Assembly: GCA_934163035.1 (NCBI GenBank)
Contig: CAKPJX010000002.1
Span: forward strand, 79,062-143,061
Source of the DNA: an uncultured Bacilli bacterium
GTDB lineage: Bacteria > Bacillota_I > Bacilli_A > RF39 > UBA660
Length of the DNA: 64,000 nt
Direction: 5' to 3'
Below the pieces are notes generated by a model. The model had not been told where the DNA came from and did not search any database. It saw nothing but the letters and a program-made list of their open reading frames with translations. Every line of letters begins with the position of its first letter. The stretch's first letter is position 1. The position numbers were made by a program, and so were the translations under genes. This document shows positions 1 to 10,287 of the stretch, in pieces.

Positions 1-6
1 TAAAAA

Positions 7-37
7 GGCATGACTAGCAAAAAGTCATGTCTTTTTT
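7..37. terminator. Bidirectional rho-independent terminator hairpin
   Basis: Stem CATGACT (9-15) / AGTCATG (23-29) with a 7-nt loop. T-run 32-37 on the plus strand and A-run 2-6 (a T-run on the minus strand). Lies just downstream of the minus-strand ORF ending at 46. Confidence 0.55.
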
Positions 38-45
38 ATTTAGAT

Positions 46-498
46 TTAAACGATAGATCCTTGTTCTAAAATCTTTAAAACTTCACTACCATAAATAAAA
101 TTACCAAATTCCAAATAATTATATATATTATCTAAATCAACAACAGAACAATAAAATTTATCATCATAAAATATAACCTTTTTATTATCACTAATTAAAA
201 AATAGTCATCAGTTTCAAAATAAATATCACTATCTAAAAAGACAATAACCCTAAGATCCAAAATATTAGAATACTCTAAATCATCTATTTTAATTACATC
301 AACAAATAATCCAACACTACTATTAACAAAAACCTTAAGTTTATAAAAGCCCTTAAGATTAAGTCTATTTTTTAACTTTTTTACTAGTATCTTAACATAT
401 CTAACAACCTGATCTTGATCCCCATAATCATCTATATTTAAATATTCTCTACTAATAAAAATTGAAAAGTCAGAAAAAGAAGTACTCTCTATTTTCAT
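46..498 (-). CDS. Hypothetical protein (weak resemblance to short MecA-like adaptor proteins)
   Basis: 150-aa ORF, co-directional with engB. The C-terminal pattern IFYDDKFYCSV...LEFGNFIYG is only loosely MecA-like. No firm motif. Confidence 0.4.
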   Translation of the reverse strand: MKIESTSFSDFSIFISREYLNIDDYGDQDQVVRYVKILVKKLKNRLNLKGFYKLKVFVNSSVGLFVDVIKIDDLEYSNILDLRVIVFLDSDIYFETDDYFLISDNKKVIFYDDKFYCSVVDLDNIYNYLEFGNFIYGSEVLKILEQGSIV

Positions 499-531
499 AT
501 ATCCACCTAGTAGTAGTATATGAAAAAAGGA

Positions 532-1128
532 CTACATAGTTTCCTCAACTAGTAAATCCTCCATCCTTTTAACAACTTCTTTTACTCCCAATTTAGTTAC
601 ACTAGAAAAGACAACTAAATCATCTCCAACAACTAAATCAAGCGTATCTAAAATAACTTTTAAGTTTTTTTGTTTAGAAGAGCCTCCTACCTTATCAGCC
701 TTAGTTGCAACAACAGTAACTGGCAAGTTATAATATTTCAAAAAGTTATACATAAGTAAATCATCTTCTGTTGGTTTTATTCTAAAATCAATAAGCATGA
801 ATACTCTTTTTAATTGTTCCCTTTTTTGTAAATACTCTTCTATCATCATTCCAAATTTAGATTGTGTTTTTTTATCAACAGCTGCATAACCATAACCTGG
901 AACATCAATAAGATAGAACTTATTATTAACTTCATAAAAGTTTAATGTTTGAGTTTTACCAGGTTTTGAAGAAGTATGAGCCAAGTTTCTTCTAGATAAA
1001 ATTGAATTAATAAAACTACTTTTACCAACATTACTCCTTCCAACAAGCAAAAACTCTGGTTTATTATCAGTTGGATATTGACTTCTCCTAGTTGCTATAA
1101 TACTTAAATTAGCATCTTTTATAACCAT
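532..1128 (-). CDS. engB: Ribosome biogenesis GTP-binding protein YsxC/EngB
   Basis: P-loop GRSNVGKSS, DVPGYGYA (G3), ATKADK (G4). Length 198 aa is typical. Confidence 0.9.
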   Translation of the reverse strand: MVIKDANLSIIATRRSQYPTDNKPEFLLVGRSNVGKSSFINSILSRRNLAHTSSKPGKTQTLNFYEVNNKFYLIDVPGYGYAAVDKKTQSKFGMMIEEYLQKREQLKRVFMLIDFRIKPTEDDLLMYNFLKYYNLPVTVVATKADKVGGSSKQKNLKVILDTLDLVVGDDLVVFSSVTKLGVKEVVKRMEDLLVEETM

Positions 1129-2081
1129 TATATATCCTCCTCACTATTATTATATTCATATAAGGCTTTATCTAAATCTGCCATTAATTTTAGTGCCTCA
1201 TCAAAATTTTTAAACCTAGCACCAGATGCAAACTTATGACCACCACCATTATATGCCTCAGCAATATGATTAATCTCCGGACCTCTAGATCGAATAGAAA
1301 CCCTAATTTGATTATTTTTAAGATCTTCTGTTATAGTAGCCCAAACAGTAACTTCTTTTATAAAATTGAAATTATTAACCATATTACCAGCAGCGGCACT
1401 ATCAACATCAAATTGCTCTATTATATCATTAGTAATTTTAATATAGCCTAACCCATTAGGAGTAACAGTCATATTAAGAGCAATATATCCTTCTAATCTA
1501 ACTTCATTTAAATCTCTAGCATAAAGCTTTTGATGTAAATCATATATATCTAAATTATACTTTTCAACAAAGTCAGCTACTAATCTAAATGTATCAGGAG
1601 TACTACTATTAAACAAAAATCTATTAGAATCGGAAACAAGTCCCGTATATAAAGTTCCAGCTATATTAGCATTACACTCCAAATTAGTTTTAGAAATTAA
1701 CCTCATAATAACTTCACAAGCAGAAGTAGCTACATCTTCAATAAGTTCTAAATCACAATACTTTTCAATAAAAGGATGATGATCTATTTTAATAGAATAA
1801 CTAAACATATCAAAACTAGATATATCAACTCTTCTTTTATCTGGAGTATCACAAACAATCAATAGTGCATTATTAACCTTTTCCATTCTATCAAGCTTTC
1901 CTAAAAATGAAAACTTACAACTTCCATTTCCAACGGCTAAAACCCTCTTTTCAGGAAAGTTCAATTTTATAATATCTCTTAATGCAATTTGACTAGCCAT
2001 AGCATCAGGATCTACACCTATATGTCTAGCAATAACAATTGTATCATATTCTTTAATTTTTAAAATTATCTCATTATACAT
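1128..2081 (-). CDS. nrnA: DHH/DHHA1 phosphoesterase, NrnA-like oligoribonuclease / pAp phosphatase
   Basis: HIGVDPDAMAS, IDHHP and C-terminal GGGHKFASGA (DHHA1) motifs. 317 aa. Confidence 0.8.
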   Translation of the reverse strand: MYNEIILKIKEYDTIVIARHIGVDPDAMASQIALRDIIKLNFPEKRVLAVGNGSCKFSFLGKLDRMEKVNNALLIVCDTPDKRRVDISSFDMFSYSIKIDHHPFIEKYCDLELIEDVATSACEVIMRLISKTNLECNANIAGTLYTGLVSDSNRFLFNSSTPDTFRLVADFVEKYNLDIYDLHQKLYARDLNEVRLEGYIALNMTVTPNGLGYIKITNDIIEQFDVDSAAAGNMVNNFNFIKEVTVWATITEDLKNNQIRVSIRSRGPEINHIAEAYNGGGHKFASGARFKNFDEALKLMADLDKALYEYNNSEEDI

Positions 2082-2091
2082 TTTAATATTC

Positions 2092-3273
2092 CTATCTATT
2101 TATTAATTTTAATGTATCTCTAGCTATCATTAATTCCTCATTAGTAGGTATAACATAAACCTCAATCTTAGACTCACCAGTACTAAGTTTAACAACCTCT
2201 CCAACCTTCTCATTTAAAGAAGAATCAATTATAACGCCTAAACATTTAAGTTTATCGCAAATCTCGCCCCTAATTTTAATATTATTCTCTCCAACACCAG
2301 CCGTAAATACAATAATGTCTGCACCACCAAGTAATACATAATATTGAGCAATAAAATCAACTATACGACGAACATACTTTTCCATAGCAATTTCACATTT
2401 ATGATTACCAAGAGCAGCATTAGAAACAATGTCTCTCATATCACTACTAAACTCACTTAAACCTAATAAACCACTTTGTGTATTTAACTCATCAATTACT
2501 TCCATGGCATTCATTCCTTCTTGTTCCATAATATAAGGAATAATTGAAGGATCTATATCTCCAGATCTAGTTCCCATCATAACACCACCAAGCGGCGTAA
2601 ATCCCATTGAAGTATCAATACATACACCATCTTTTATTGCACTAATCGAAGCTCCATTACCAATATGACAACTAATTAATTTATAATTTGTCCTGCCAAG
2701 TAATGAAGATACTTGTGAAGCAATATATTGATGACTAATACCATGAGCCCCATACTTTCTTAAACCATAGTCCTTATACCATTTATAAGGAACGGGATAT
2801 AAATAAGCCTCTTCTTCTAAAGTATGATGATAAGCTGTATCAAAGACTGCAACCATAGTAGCATCCGGTAAAACCTTTTCAAAAGCCATAATGCCCATCA
2901 TATTAGCTGGATTATGAAGTGGAGCAAAACTTTTAATAGACTCAAGCTTAGTCATAACATCATCATTTATAATAACAGATTCGTCAAAAAGATCTTTACC
3001 CTGAACAATTCTATGTCCAACAGCATCTATTTCAGAAAATGATTTTATAATCTCTAAACTAATAAGCTTATTTAACAAAGTATCAACAGCCGCAACATGA
3101 TCAGGAATATCCAACTCTTGTACTATCTTTTCATCCTTAAATTTAATTGAAAAAGAACTTCCTTCAATACCAATTCTTTCAAATTGACCCTTAACAATAA
3201 CACTTTCATCATTCATATCAAATAAACAAAACTTAAGTGAGCTGCTACCAGCATTAATAGACATTATTTTCAC
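2092..3273 (-). CDS. ackA: Acetate kinase
   Basis: N-terminal (V)KIMSINAGSSSLKF, plus HRIVQG, HNP, GAHGISH, CHIGNGASI and EELMIA motifs. The ORF track starts at 3279. GTG at 3273 sits 8 nt after AGAGGT and gives the canonical MKI..INAGSSS N-terminus. Confidence 0.93.
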   Translation of the reverse strand: MKIMSINAGSSSLKFCLFDMNDESVIVKGQFERIGIEGSSFSIKFKDEKIVQELDIPDHVAAVDTLLNKLISLEIIKSFSEIDAVGHRIVQGKDLFDESVIINDDVMTKLESIKSFAPLHNPANMMGIMAFEKVLPDATMVAVFDTAYHHTLEEEAYLYPVPYKWYKDYGLRKYGAHGISHQYIASQVSSLLGRTNYKLISCHIGNGASISAIKDGVCIDTSMGFTPLGGVMMGTRSGDIDPSIIPYIMEQEGMNAMEVIDELNTQSGLLGLSEFSSDMRDIVSNAALGNHKCEIAMEKYVRRIVDFIAQYYVLLGGADIIVFTAGVGENNIKIRGEICDKLKCLGVIIDSSLNEKVGEVVKLSTGESKIEVYVIPTNEELMIARDTLKLINR

Positions 3274-3351
3274 TAACACTACCTCTTTTCCTAATTCATT
3301 AATATTGTATCATAAATTGATAAATATTCAAAAAAAAAGAAAAAACAAAAC

Positions 3352-3377
3352 AAAAGATAGGCTTTAACCTATCTTTT
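3352..3377 (-). terminator. Terminator downstream of the SASP gene
   Basis: 10-bp stem AAAAGATAGG / CCTATCTTTT with a 6-nt loop, followed on the minus strand by a T-rich tract (3330-3351). Confidence 0.7.
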
Positions 3378-3385
3378 AAGCTAGA

Positions 3386-3604
3386 CTATTTATTTAAGTT
3401 GTAGCTTCCACTAACTTGGTTTAATCCATTTTGAACTAAACGTCTAGTAATTTCACCACCAACTGAACCGTTAGCACGGCTAGTAGCATCTGGTCCTAAA
3501 GTAACACCAAATTCGTTAGCTATTTCATATTTCATTTTATCGATAGCTTGTTTAGCACCAGGAACTCTCATCTTCATAGAAGCAGTATTATTTGAATTGT
3601 TCAT
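3386..3604 (-). CDS. Small acid-soluble spore protein, alpha/beta type
   Basis: 72 aa. [10 protein letters not shown] and [12 protein letters not shown] match the two conserved alpha/beta-SASP blocks. GGAGGTG RBS upstream. Confidence 0.9.
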   Translation of the reverse strand: MNNSNNTASMKMRVPGAKQAIDKMKYEIANEFGVTLGPDATSRANGSVGGEITRRLVQNGLNQVSGSYNLNK

Positions 3605-3674
3605 TTATTTCACCTCCTATACACTAATAGGTTGTGAAATTTTTCACAAATAATGCATAAATTAAACTGGTAAA

Positions 3675-4862
3675 TTATAGCAATTCATTAAATTCACTAG
3701 ATTTATCATCAGAAATGTTAAATACAGTAATATTATCAATAGCTTCATCAATTAATTCTTGATAATTAAATTTATTTTCTTCTTTAATACTAACATCCAT
3801 TTTAGGATTAATAACTGGATGTTTTGGTACAAATACTGTGCAACAATCTTCAAATGGTAAAATACTAATATCATAAGTATCAATTTTTTTAGCTATATCA
3901 ATAATCTCTAATTTATCTAGACAAGCAACAGGTCTAATAACAGGTACATTTGTAACACTATTAATAACATTCATACTAGTTAATGTTTGACTAGCAACTT
4001 GACCAACTGATTCTCCATTTACAATAGCAAAAGCATTTCTTTTAGAAAGTAGCTTTTCCATAATACGATACATCATACGACGCATAATAGTAATACAGTA
4101 GTCTCCTCTACAATTTTTATATATAGCTTCTTGAATATTTGTAAAATTAACAACATGTAGCTTTATACTACTTCCATAAACAGTTAATTTTTTACAAAGA
4201 TCCATAACTTTTTTTCTAGCTTCCAAACTAGTATGAGGAATAGCTTCAAAATAAACTGCCTCAAGTTTTATTCCTCTTTTCATAGCTAAATATCCACTAA
4301 CAGGAGAATCAATTCCACCAGAAAGCATAAGCATAGCTTTAGGTTGAGTTCCAACAGGATATCCACCACTTCCATTATAACTATTTAAATATATATATGA
4401 ATGTTCTTCCCTAACTTCAACTTGAACTAAAAGATCAGGATTATGAACATCAACTGATATATTATTAATATTTTTTAATACTACTCCACCTAAAACTCTA
4501 TTTAATTCTTGACTATCAACACAAAAACTCTTAAAACTACGTCTAGATTGAATTTTAAAAGTTTTAAAATCCAAATTCTTAAGAATATCTAAAACTTTTA
4601 ATTTAATAGCATCAATATTAGTATCAACAATATAAGCAATATGATACATATGTATACCAAAGATTTTATCAATAACACTTTTAATAGCATCAAGTTCTGC
4701 ATCACTAAATTGTATATACATTCTTGCTCTATCTTTAGTAATTTTAACATTAAAATTTTTTAATTTATCTCTAACATTATTATATAAAGTATTTATAAAA
4801 AAATTTCTATTTGCTTTTTTAGTACTAAGCTCTCCATATTTTATTAATATAACTCTATCCAT
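3675..4862 (-). CDS. thiI: tRNA 4-thiouridine(8) synthase ThiI
   Basis: MDRVILIKYGELSTKKANR N-terminus (THUMP region) and PP-loop SGGIDSPV. Start moved to ATG 4862, preceded by GGTGGTGA. The ORF track starts at 4880. Confidence 0.9.
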   Translation of the reverse strand: MDRVILIKYGELSTKKANRNFFINTLYNNVRDKLKNFNVKITKDRARMYIQFSDAELDAIKSVIDKIFGIHMYHIAYIVDTNIDAIKLKVLDILKNLDFKTFKIQSRRSFKSFCVDSQELNRVLGGVVLKNINNISVDVHNPDLLVQVEVREEHSYIYLNSYNGSGGYPVGTQPKAMLMLSGGIDSPVSGYLAMKRGIKLEAVYFEAIPHTSLEARKKVMDLCKKLTVYGSSIKLHVVNFTNIQEAIYKNCRGDYCITIMRRMMYRIMEKLLSKRNAFAIVNGESVGQVASQTLTSMNVINSVTNVPVIRPVACLDKLEIIDIAKKIDTYDISILPFEDCCTVFVPKHPVINPKMDVSIKEENKFNYQELIDEAIDNITVFNISDDKSSEFNELL

Positions 4863-4971
4863 ATAAATCACCACCAACATAGTTTAACAAAAAATAGTTA
4901 AAATCACAACATAGAAACACACAATAATAAAAATCTTTCCACATACATGAAAAGATCTTTAACTACAAGTC

Positions 4972-6690
4972 TTAAAAATTAGCTTCATTTAATTTCATCA
5001 GTTTACTCTCTATATCATCTTCTATAACAGAAATAGCTTTAATAGCTATATCAAGAGCTTCCTTATACTTACCTTGATAAAACTTCTTCTGAGAATCAGC
5101 TAATCCCATATCTACTTCTTTATAAGCACTTCTATATCTATTACCATATACTATAGCCATTTCTGTAAGCTTAGAAAGTCTAATCATTTCATTCGTAGTA
5201 TTATATAATTTTAAAACCAAATCTCTCGCTGTATCAACTCTTGTATTAAGCGTCTTTATCGCAATAGGTTTCTTTTCTAATTCTATAATAACTTCCCCAA
5301 TAGCTTCATTTGCTTCAGACAATTGAACAAAATAATTATCAGTAATAATAGGTAACTTATAACTTCTCATCTTAGTCTTACATAACTTCAAAAAGTCTTG
5401 TATTTCATCTAACTGCTCTCTAGCTCTAACTTCATCATCATACATATTACCAAGAGATTTTAAAGACTTATCTAAATCTGTCTCCATAGCATTAAGTCTA
5501 TCAGTAAGTGTCTCTAATTCCTTTTGTAACATAGAAAACGGTGAAGACTTAGTCTCTACTTTAGAAAGAAGTTTTTTATAATCATCATTTATAACAACTA
5601 AACACTTATTTACCTTATCAATAACCTCAACATCATTATCACCCAAGTCATACATATTCTTAATATCATCAAGTTGAGCATAAATATCTTTAACAAGTTT
5701 ATTATTACCAGCTATCTTCCTAGAAAAATCTTTATTCATTTCCGTAAATACTTTTTTAGATAAACGTTCTTTTTCAAAATCAATAAATAAAGAATCTAAA
5801 TAATCAAGCATAGTTTTTAAATCAAACATACAATTTTCTAAGTTAAGTACTTTAACTTTATCGAGTATTTGTTCACAATTCTTACGAACTTCTTCAGTAT
5901 TATATTCAATATTTAAGTAATCTAAAGAATATCCTTTATTATTCATCTCATTATATGTATATGTAATTTCTTTTAATCTATTAGGAATAATTTGTTTTGC
6001 TATTAATAAAACATCAGGAACCTCATTAACAACAATTTCAATATGACTAATCATTGTATCTAAAGCTTTAACTATATGAACAACTTCATTATATTCATTT
6101 TTTTCCATAGCTTTTTCAAAATCAAGAAATCTTTTTTCAATATTTTCAAATTGTAAAGTTATAGCTTCGATCATATCATCATATAATTGTTTATGATCAA
6201 CAAAGTCCTTATTAAGAGTTCTATACTTCGTTTTAAGTTTAGTAACTATAGATCTATATCTTTCTTCACTAAGAGTAACATCTCTAATTTCATCAAGTAA
6301 TGCATTTGCAGCTTCTCTAGCTTTATAAATTTCCATTTCAATTTTTGCCATACGATATAGACAGTTTTTATAGTCACGTCTTTCCACAAAAACATCCAAA
6401 TCTATTAACATATCATCAATTAAAGTAAGTTTATTTTCTTTAATAGAAGCGAATCTTTCTTGCCAGCGATTATACTTTTCCTCTAACTTTTCATTTTTAA
6501 TTATAGGTTCAACCTTAGAGAGTTCCAATAATACTGGTGTACTTTCTATAAGATTCCTTTGTAGTTCCAATTCTTTTATTCTATCTCTATAAGATTTACG
6601 TTGAAATTTTCTAATAAAATGAAGTATAAGTATAATTATAATTAAGCCAACTATACAAATTGAACCAATAAATAAAAATTGTCCTTGCAT
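4972..6690 (-). CDS. ezrA: Septation ring formation regulator EzrA
   Basis: 572 aa with a single N-terminal TM helix followed by long coiled-coil repeats. Position next to thiI, as in Bacilli. Confidence 0.8.
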   Translation of the reverse strand: MQGQFLFIGSICIVGLIIIILILHFIRKFQRKSYRDRIKELELQRNLIESTPVLLELSKVEPIIKNEKLEEKYNRWQERFASIKENKLTLIDDMLIDLDVFVERRDYKNCLYRMAKIEMEIYKAREAANALLDEIRDVTLSEERYRSIVTKLKTKYRTLNKDFVDHKQLYDDMIEAITLQFENIEKRFLDFEKAMEKNEYNEVVHIVKALDTMISHIEIVVNEVPDVLLIAKQIIPNRLKEITYTYNEMNNKGYSLDYLNIEYNTEEVRKNCEQILDKVKVLNLENCMFDLKTMLDYLDSLFIDFEKERLSKKVFTEMNKDFSRKIAGNNKLVKDIYAQLDDIKNMYDLGDNDVEVIDKVNKCLVVINDDYKKLLSKVETKSSPFSMLQKELETLTDRLNAMETDLDKSLKSLGNMYDDEVRAREQLDEIQDFLKLCKTKMRSYKLPIITDNYFVQLSEANEAIGEVIIELEKKPIAIKTLNTRVDTARDLVLKLYNTTNEMIRLSKLTEMAIVYGNRYRSAYKEVDMGLADSQKKFYQGKYKEALDIAIKAISVIEDDIESKLMKLNEANF

Positions 6691-6865
6691 CTACTTCACC
6701 TCTATCTTACATAAACATATTTTAACACAATAGCGATATAATTTTCCACTATTTTATAAAATTTATTCTAAATGAAGATAATATAAGAAATAATGAATAA
6801 AATTTAAAGTAATGATTAATAGTGTAAAAAACACGCGAAATAGTATTCATAAAGTACTAAAAGCC

Positions 6866-6894
6866 TTGACATATAAAGAATAATACCATATAAT
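6866..6894 (+). promoter_or_regulatory. Consensus sigma-A promoter of rpsD
   Basis: TTGACA (6866-6871), 17-nt spacer, TATAAT (6889-6894). Confidence 0.75.
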
Positions 6895-7052
6895 TAGAAA
6901 TGCAAATTCACTTGAAACAGCAGATTTAGAATATTTTAAAGTGTTTTTCAATTATAGTTTAGTAACTATTGCTGTTTATGCGAAAAATAAGAGAAACTCC
7001 CTAAGATATGACTAAATCAATTTCAATGAATTGTAAATGAAAGGAGAAAAAT
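6895..7052 (+). promoter_or_regulatory. Long rpsD 5-prime leader (candidate S4 autoregulatory leader)
   Basis: About 150-nt untranslated leader between the consensus promoter and the RBS AAAGGAGAAAA. 8-bp stem AAACAGCA (6915-6922) / TGCTGTTT (6970-6977). S4 autoregulates rpsD through its leader in Bacillus. Confidence 0.45.
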
Positions 7053-7652
7053 ATGGCAAGATATACTGGACCAGCTTTTAAACAAGCTCGTCGTGTTGGT
7101 TTCTCAATTAGTGAAACTGGAAAAGACTTACGTCGTCCATACGGACCAGGACAACATGGAAATGATAGAAAGGGAAAACTATCTGACTATGGTACACAAT
7201 TAAAAGAAAAACAAAAAGTTCGTTTTATGTATGGACTAAATGAAAGACAATTCAAAAAGACTTTTAAAGAAGCTGAAAAAATGCAAGGAATTCATGGTAC
7301 TAACTTCTTAAGATTACTTGAATCAAGACTAGATAACTTAGTTTATCGTATAGGTTTTGCATCAACTCGTCGTGGAGCTAGACAATTAGTTAACCATGGA
7401 CATGTAACTGTTAATGGTAAAAAAGTTGATATTCCATCTTACAGAGTAAAAGTTGGAGATACAATTTCATTAAAAGAAGATGACAAGAACTTAAAAGTAG
7501 TACTAGAGTCATTAGAGAAAACAACAAAAAGAGTTGACTTCATTACTTATGATGAAGGTAAAAAAGAAGCTAAATATGTTAGACTTCCAGAAAGAAATGA
7601 ATTAAATGCTGATATTAATGAAGCATTAATCGTTGAATTCTATAATAAGTAA
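7053..7652 (+). CDS. rpsD: 30S ribosomal protein S4
   Basis: MARYTGP..., [12 protein letters not shown]4 RNA-binding domain [21 protein letters not shown]. 199 aa. Confidence 0.97.
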   Translation: MARYTGPAFKQARRVGFSISETGKDLRRPYGPGQHGNDRKGKLSDYGTQLKEKQKVRFMYGLNERQFKKTFKEAEKMQGIHGTNFLRLLESRLDNLVYRIGFASTRRGARQLVNHGHVTVNGKKVDIPSYRVKVGDTISLKEDDKNLKVVLESLEKTTKRVDFITYDEGKKEAKYVRLPERNELNADINEALIVEFYNK

Positions 7653-7657
7653 AGGAA

Positions 7658-7679
7658 AATTGGGGAAACCCAATTTTTT
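7658..7679 (+). terminator. rpsD terminator
   Basis: AATTGGG (7658-7664) / CCCAATT (7669-7675) with a GAAA loop, then a T-run. Confidence 0.75.
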
Positions 7680-7779
7680 ATTTTTATACATCAATTATCA
7701 TAATTTATATAAGATCTAATTTATTAAAATTAGAATTTTTTATCACACAAAAAACCACACCATCCGGTGTGATTATCTT

Positions 7780-8979
7780 TTAACGAACCTCTAAAACCTT
7801 TAATGCTTTGCTATAAACAATAAATTTTGTCATATAGCCATGTTTTTCATAAGAAGAATAACCAGAAACAATATAATTATCATCATAAATTTTTATATCA
7901 GTAAAGTGATCATCCTTATCATTAGAATAAATTAAAGTTTCAATTTCAGTCAAATTCTTATCATATTTTCCAATAATACCATCATAACTAAATATATCTA
8001 AATCACTTTTTTTATCAATTTTTTTCATACCAATAACAATTATATTATTATTTTCATCTACCATAAAATTATTAAATCTATTACTACCATCATCACTATA
8101 GCAAGATTCCTTTATATAATTTAATTCACTATCATACAAAGCAAGAAGTGCTGCTGATTTACCATCCTCAATATACTTAGCACCACTAACCACAATGTTG
8201 CCATTTACTTGTGCAACACTACTAAATCCTAAATTATCAGTATATTCATAAACTACTGTTTTGATTAAGTTACCATTCATATCATACTTAGAAATTATTC
8301 CAGACTTTTCTAAGTCTTTACCAACAGTATAAATATAATTATCATAAACAACTAAATCATTATAAACAGCTGATTTATTTCCACCATAATTACTTTTCCA
8401 TTCTAGTTTTAAAGACTTATTATATTTTACTAAATATGCTCCACCATCCCTAGATGTACCCAAAGACATATCTTCATAAATACTCTGTCCAACTACCAAG
8501 TAACCATCATCAACAGAAACAATATTAACAAATTTAGAATTACCTAACATCTGGAAGCTATTCTCAAAAATAACTTCACCACTCTTGTCAAATTTTACTA
8601 TTAATGCACTTCTAGCAGAACGCCTATATTCGCTCTCATCAGCCTCATAACTACCAACTGCAACATAACCATCATCATCTTCTATCACTGAGAAAAAAGC
8701 CCCATTATACCCCTTATTATATAGTTTTTCAAAACTCTTTTCCATTTTAGAATTATATTTTGTAATCTTAGCTTTTTCATAATGCTTGTCATTATCATTA
8801 TTACTACCAGCACTTATAAAACCTTTTTCCACAACATCCAAAGAATTAGTACTATCAAAGTATATAGATTTAGAACTTTTAAAAAATGAAACATAAATCA
8901 GATAAAAAACCTCTATAATCAAAATAATTACACATACAATAGATATCAATTTTAATCTTTTAAGTAGTTTCTTGTTCAT
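7780..8979 (-). CDS. Membrane-anchored protein with about six beta-propeller-like repeats, function unknown
   Basis: N-terminal TM (LISIVCVIILIIEVFYLIYVSFF). Recurring blades: DDGYVAVGSYE, DDGYLVVGQS, DNYIYTVGKD, NGNIVVSGAK, NNNIIVIGMK, DNYIVSGYSS. Hairpin terminator CACACC/GGTGTG at 7753-7770. Confidence 0.55.
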   Translation of the reverse strand: MNKKLLKRLKLISIVCVIILIIEVFYLIYVSFFKSSKSIYFDSTNSLDVVEKGFISAGSNNDNDKHYEKAKITKYNSKMEKSFEKLYNKGYNGAFFSVIEDDDGYVAVGSYEADESEYRRSARSALIVKFDKSGEVIFENSFQMLGNSKFVNIVSVDDGYLVVGQSIYEDMSLGTSRDGGAYLVKYNKSLKLEWKSNYGGNKSAVYNDLVVYDNYIYTVGKDLEKSGIISKYDMNGNLIKTVVYEYTDNLGFSSVAQVNGNIVVSGAKYIEDGKSAALLALYDSELNYIKESCYSDDGSNRFNNFMVDENNNIIVIGMKKIDKKSDLDIFSYDGIIGKYDKNLTEIETLIYSNDKDDHFTDIKIYDDNYIVSGYSSYEKHGYMTKFIVYSKALKVLEVR

Positions 8980-9054
8980 CTAAATCCTCCTATGATAATA
9001 ATAACAAAAAAATATGTATTTTTCCACACAAAAAGAATATTAAATTAACATTCT

Positions 9055-10287
9055 TTATTCATATACACCAATAAAATATTTCTTTTTACCGCGTCTTATA
9101 ACAATATATTTACTATCGATACAAGAGTCTTTAGTAATAACAAATTCCAAGTCACTAACTTTCTCACCATTTAATGTAATAGAACCATTATTAACAAATT
9201 CCCTTGCCTCTCTCTTACTAGAACAAGCACCACTATTAACTAATAAATCTACTATATTTAAATCACTATTAATTTTAAATACATCTAAACCTTTAAATGC
9301 TATTTCTATATCTTTAGAAGTAAATGATTTAATATCTCCATTAAACAAAGCCTCACTTATTTTAACAGCGTTATCATAACCTTCTCTACCATGTAAATCA
9401 GTAATAATACACTCAGCTAACTTTCTTTGAGCAATTCTTTTCTCTGGTGCCTTTTTATGTTCTTCCATTACAGAATCAATCACTTCAGGTGTTAAAAAAG
9501 TAAATACTTTCAAGTACTCATATACTTTAGAATCATCTGTATTTATTAAATATTGGTATAATTCATAGCAAGATGTCTTATTTTCATCTAACCATAAAGC
9601 ATTTCCTTCACTCTTACCAAACTTTTTACCAGTTGAATCTAATATTAATGGCATGGTAAATCCATATGCTTCTTTTCCAAGAATCTTTTTAATCAAATCA
9701 ATTCCAGTAGTAATATTACCCCATTGATCTGATCCTTCTACTTGCATAGTACAACCCATTTTTTCATACATATTTAAAAAGTCATATCCTTGAATCAACA
9801 TATAGCTAAATTCAGCATAAGTAATACCTGTATCTAATCTTCTTTGAATAATATCCTTACCTAACATATAATTAACATTAATATACTTTCCAATATCTCT
9901 TAAGAAATCCAAATATCCATAATCCTTAAACCAATCATAATTATTAACAAGCTTAGCCTTCCCATCAAATATCTTGTCAATTTGCTTATGAATACATTCA
10001 ATATTAGCTTCTAAAACTTCAATTGGCATAATTTCTCTTTCAGCAGTTGGTCTAGGATCTCCAATTCTACCAGTAGCACCACCACATAAAAGGATTGGAT
10101 TATGTCCCATAAGCATTAATCTTTTCGCAGTAATTAATGAACTGTAATGTCCTAAATGTAGGCTATCAGCAGTTGGATCAGTTCCCCAATAAAAAGTAAC
10201 TCCTCCAGCATTTATTTTATCCTCAATATCGCTTCCAGCAACATCTTTAACTAAACCTCTCCATTTTAATTCTTCCCAATTTGTCAT
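9055..10287 (-). CDS. tyrS: Tyrosine--tRNA ligase
   Basis: HLGH (SLHLGHY) and KFGKS class-I signatures, C-terminal S4-like domain. The start overlaps the upstream stop (ATGA). Confidence 0.95.
   Translation of the reverse strand: MTNWEELKWRGLVKDVAGSDIEDKINAGGVTFYWGTDPTADSLHLGHYSSLITAKRLMLMGHNPILLCGGATGRIGDPRPTAEREIMPIEVLEANIECIHKQIDKIFDGKAKLVNNYDWFKDYGYLDFLRDIGKYINVNYMLGKDIIQRRLDTGITYAEFSYMLIQGYDFLNMYEKMGCTMQVEGSDQWGNITTGIDLIKKILGKEAYGFTMPLILDSTGKKFGKSEGNALWLDENKTSCYELYQYLINTDDSKVYEYLKVFTFLTPEVIDSVMEEHKKAPEKRIAQRKLAECIITDLHGREGYDNAVKISEALFNGDIKSFTSKDIEIAFKGLDVFKINSDLNIVDLLVNSGACSSKREAREFVNNGSITLNGEKVSDLEFVITKDSCIDSKYIVIRRGKKKYFIGVYE

Noticed and set aside
3605-3674. Forespore (sigma-G type) promoter upstream of the SASP gene.
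   Set aside because: It is expected biologically, and TGCATT ... CACAACCTA-like elements are present. However, I could not fit a convincing GnATR, 17-18 nt, CAnnnTA arrangement by eye.
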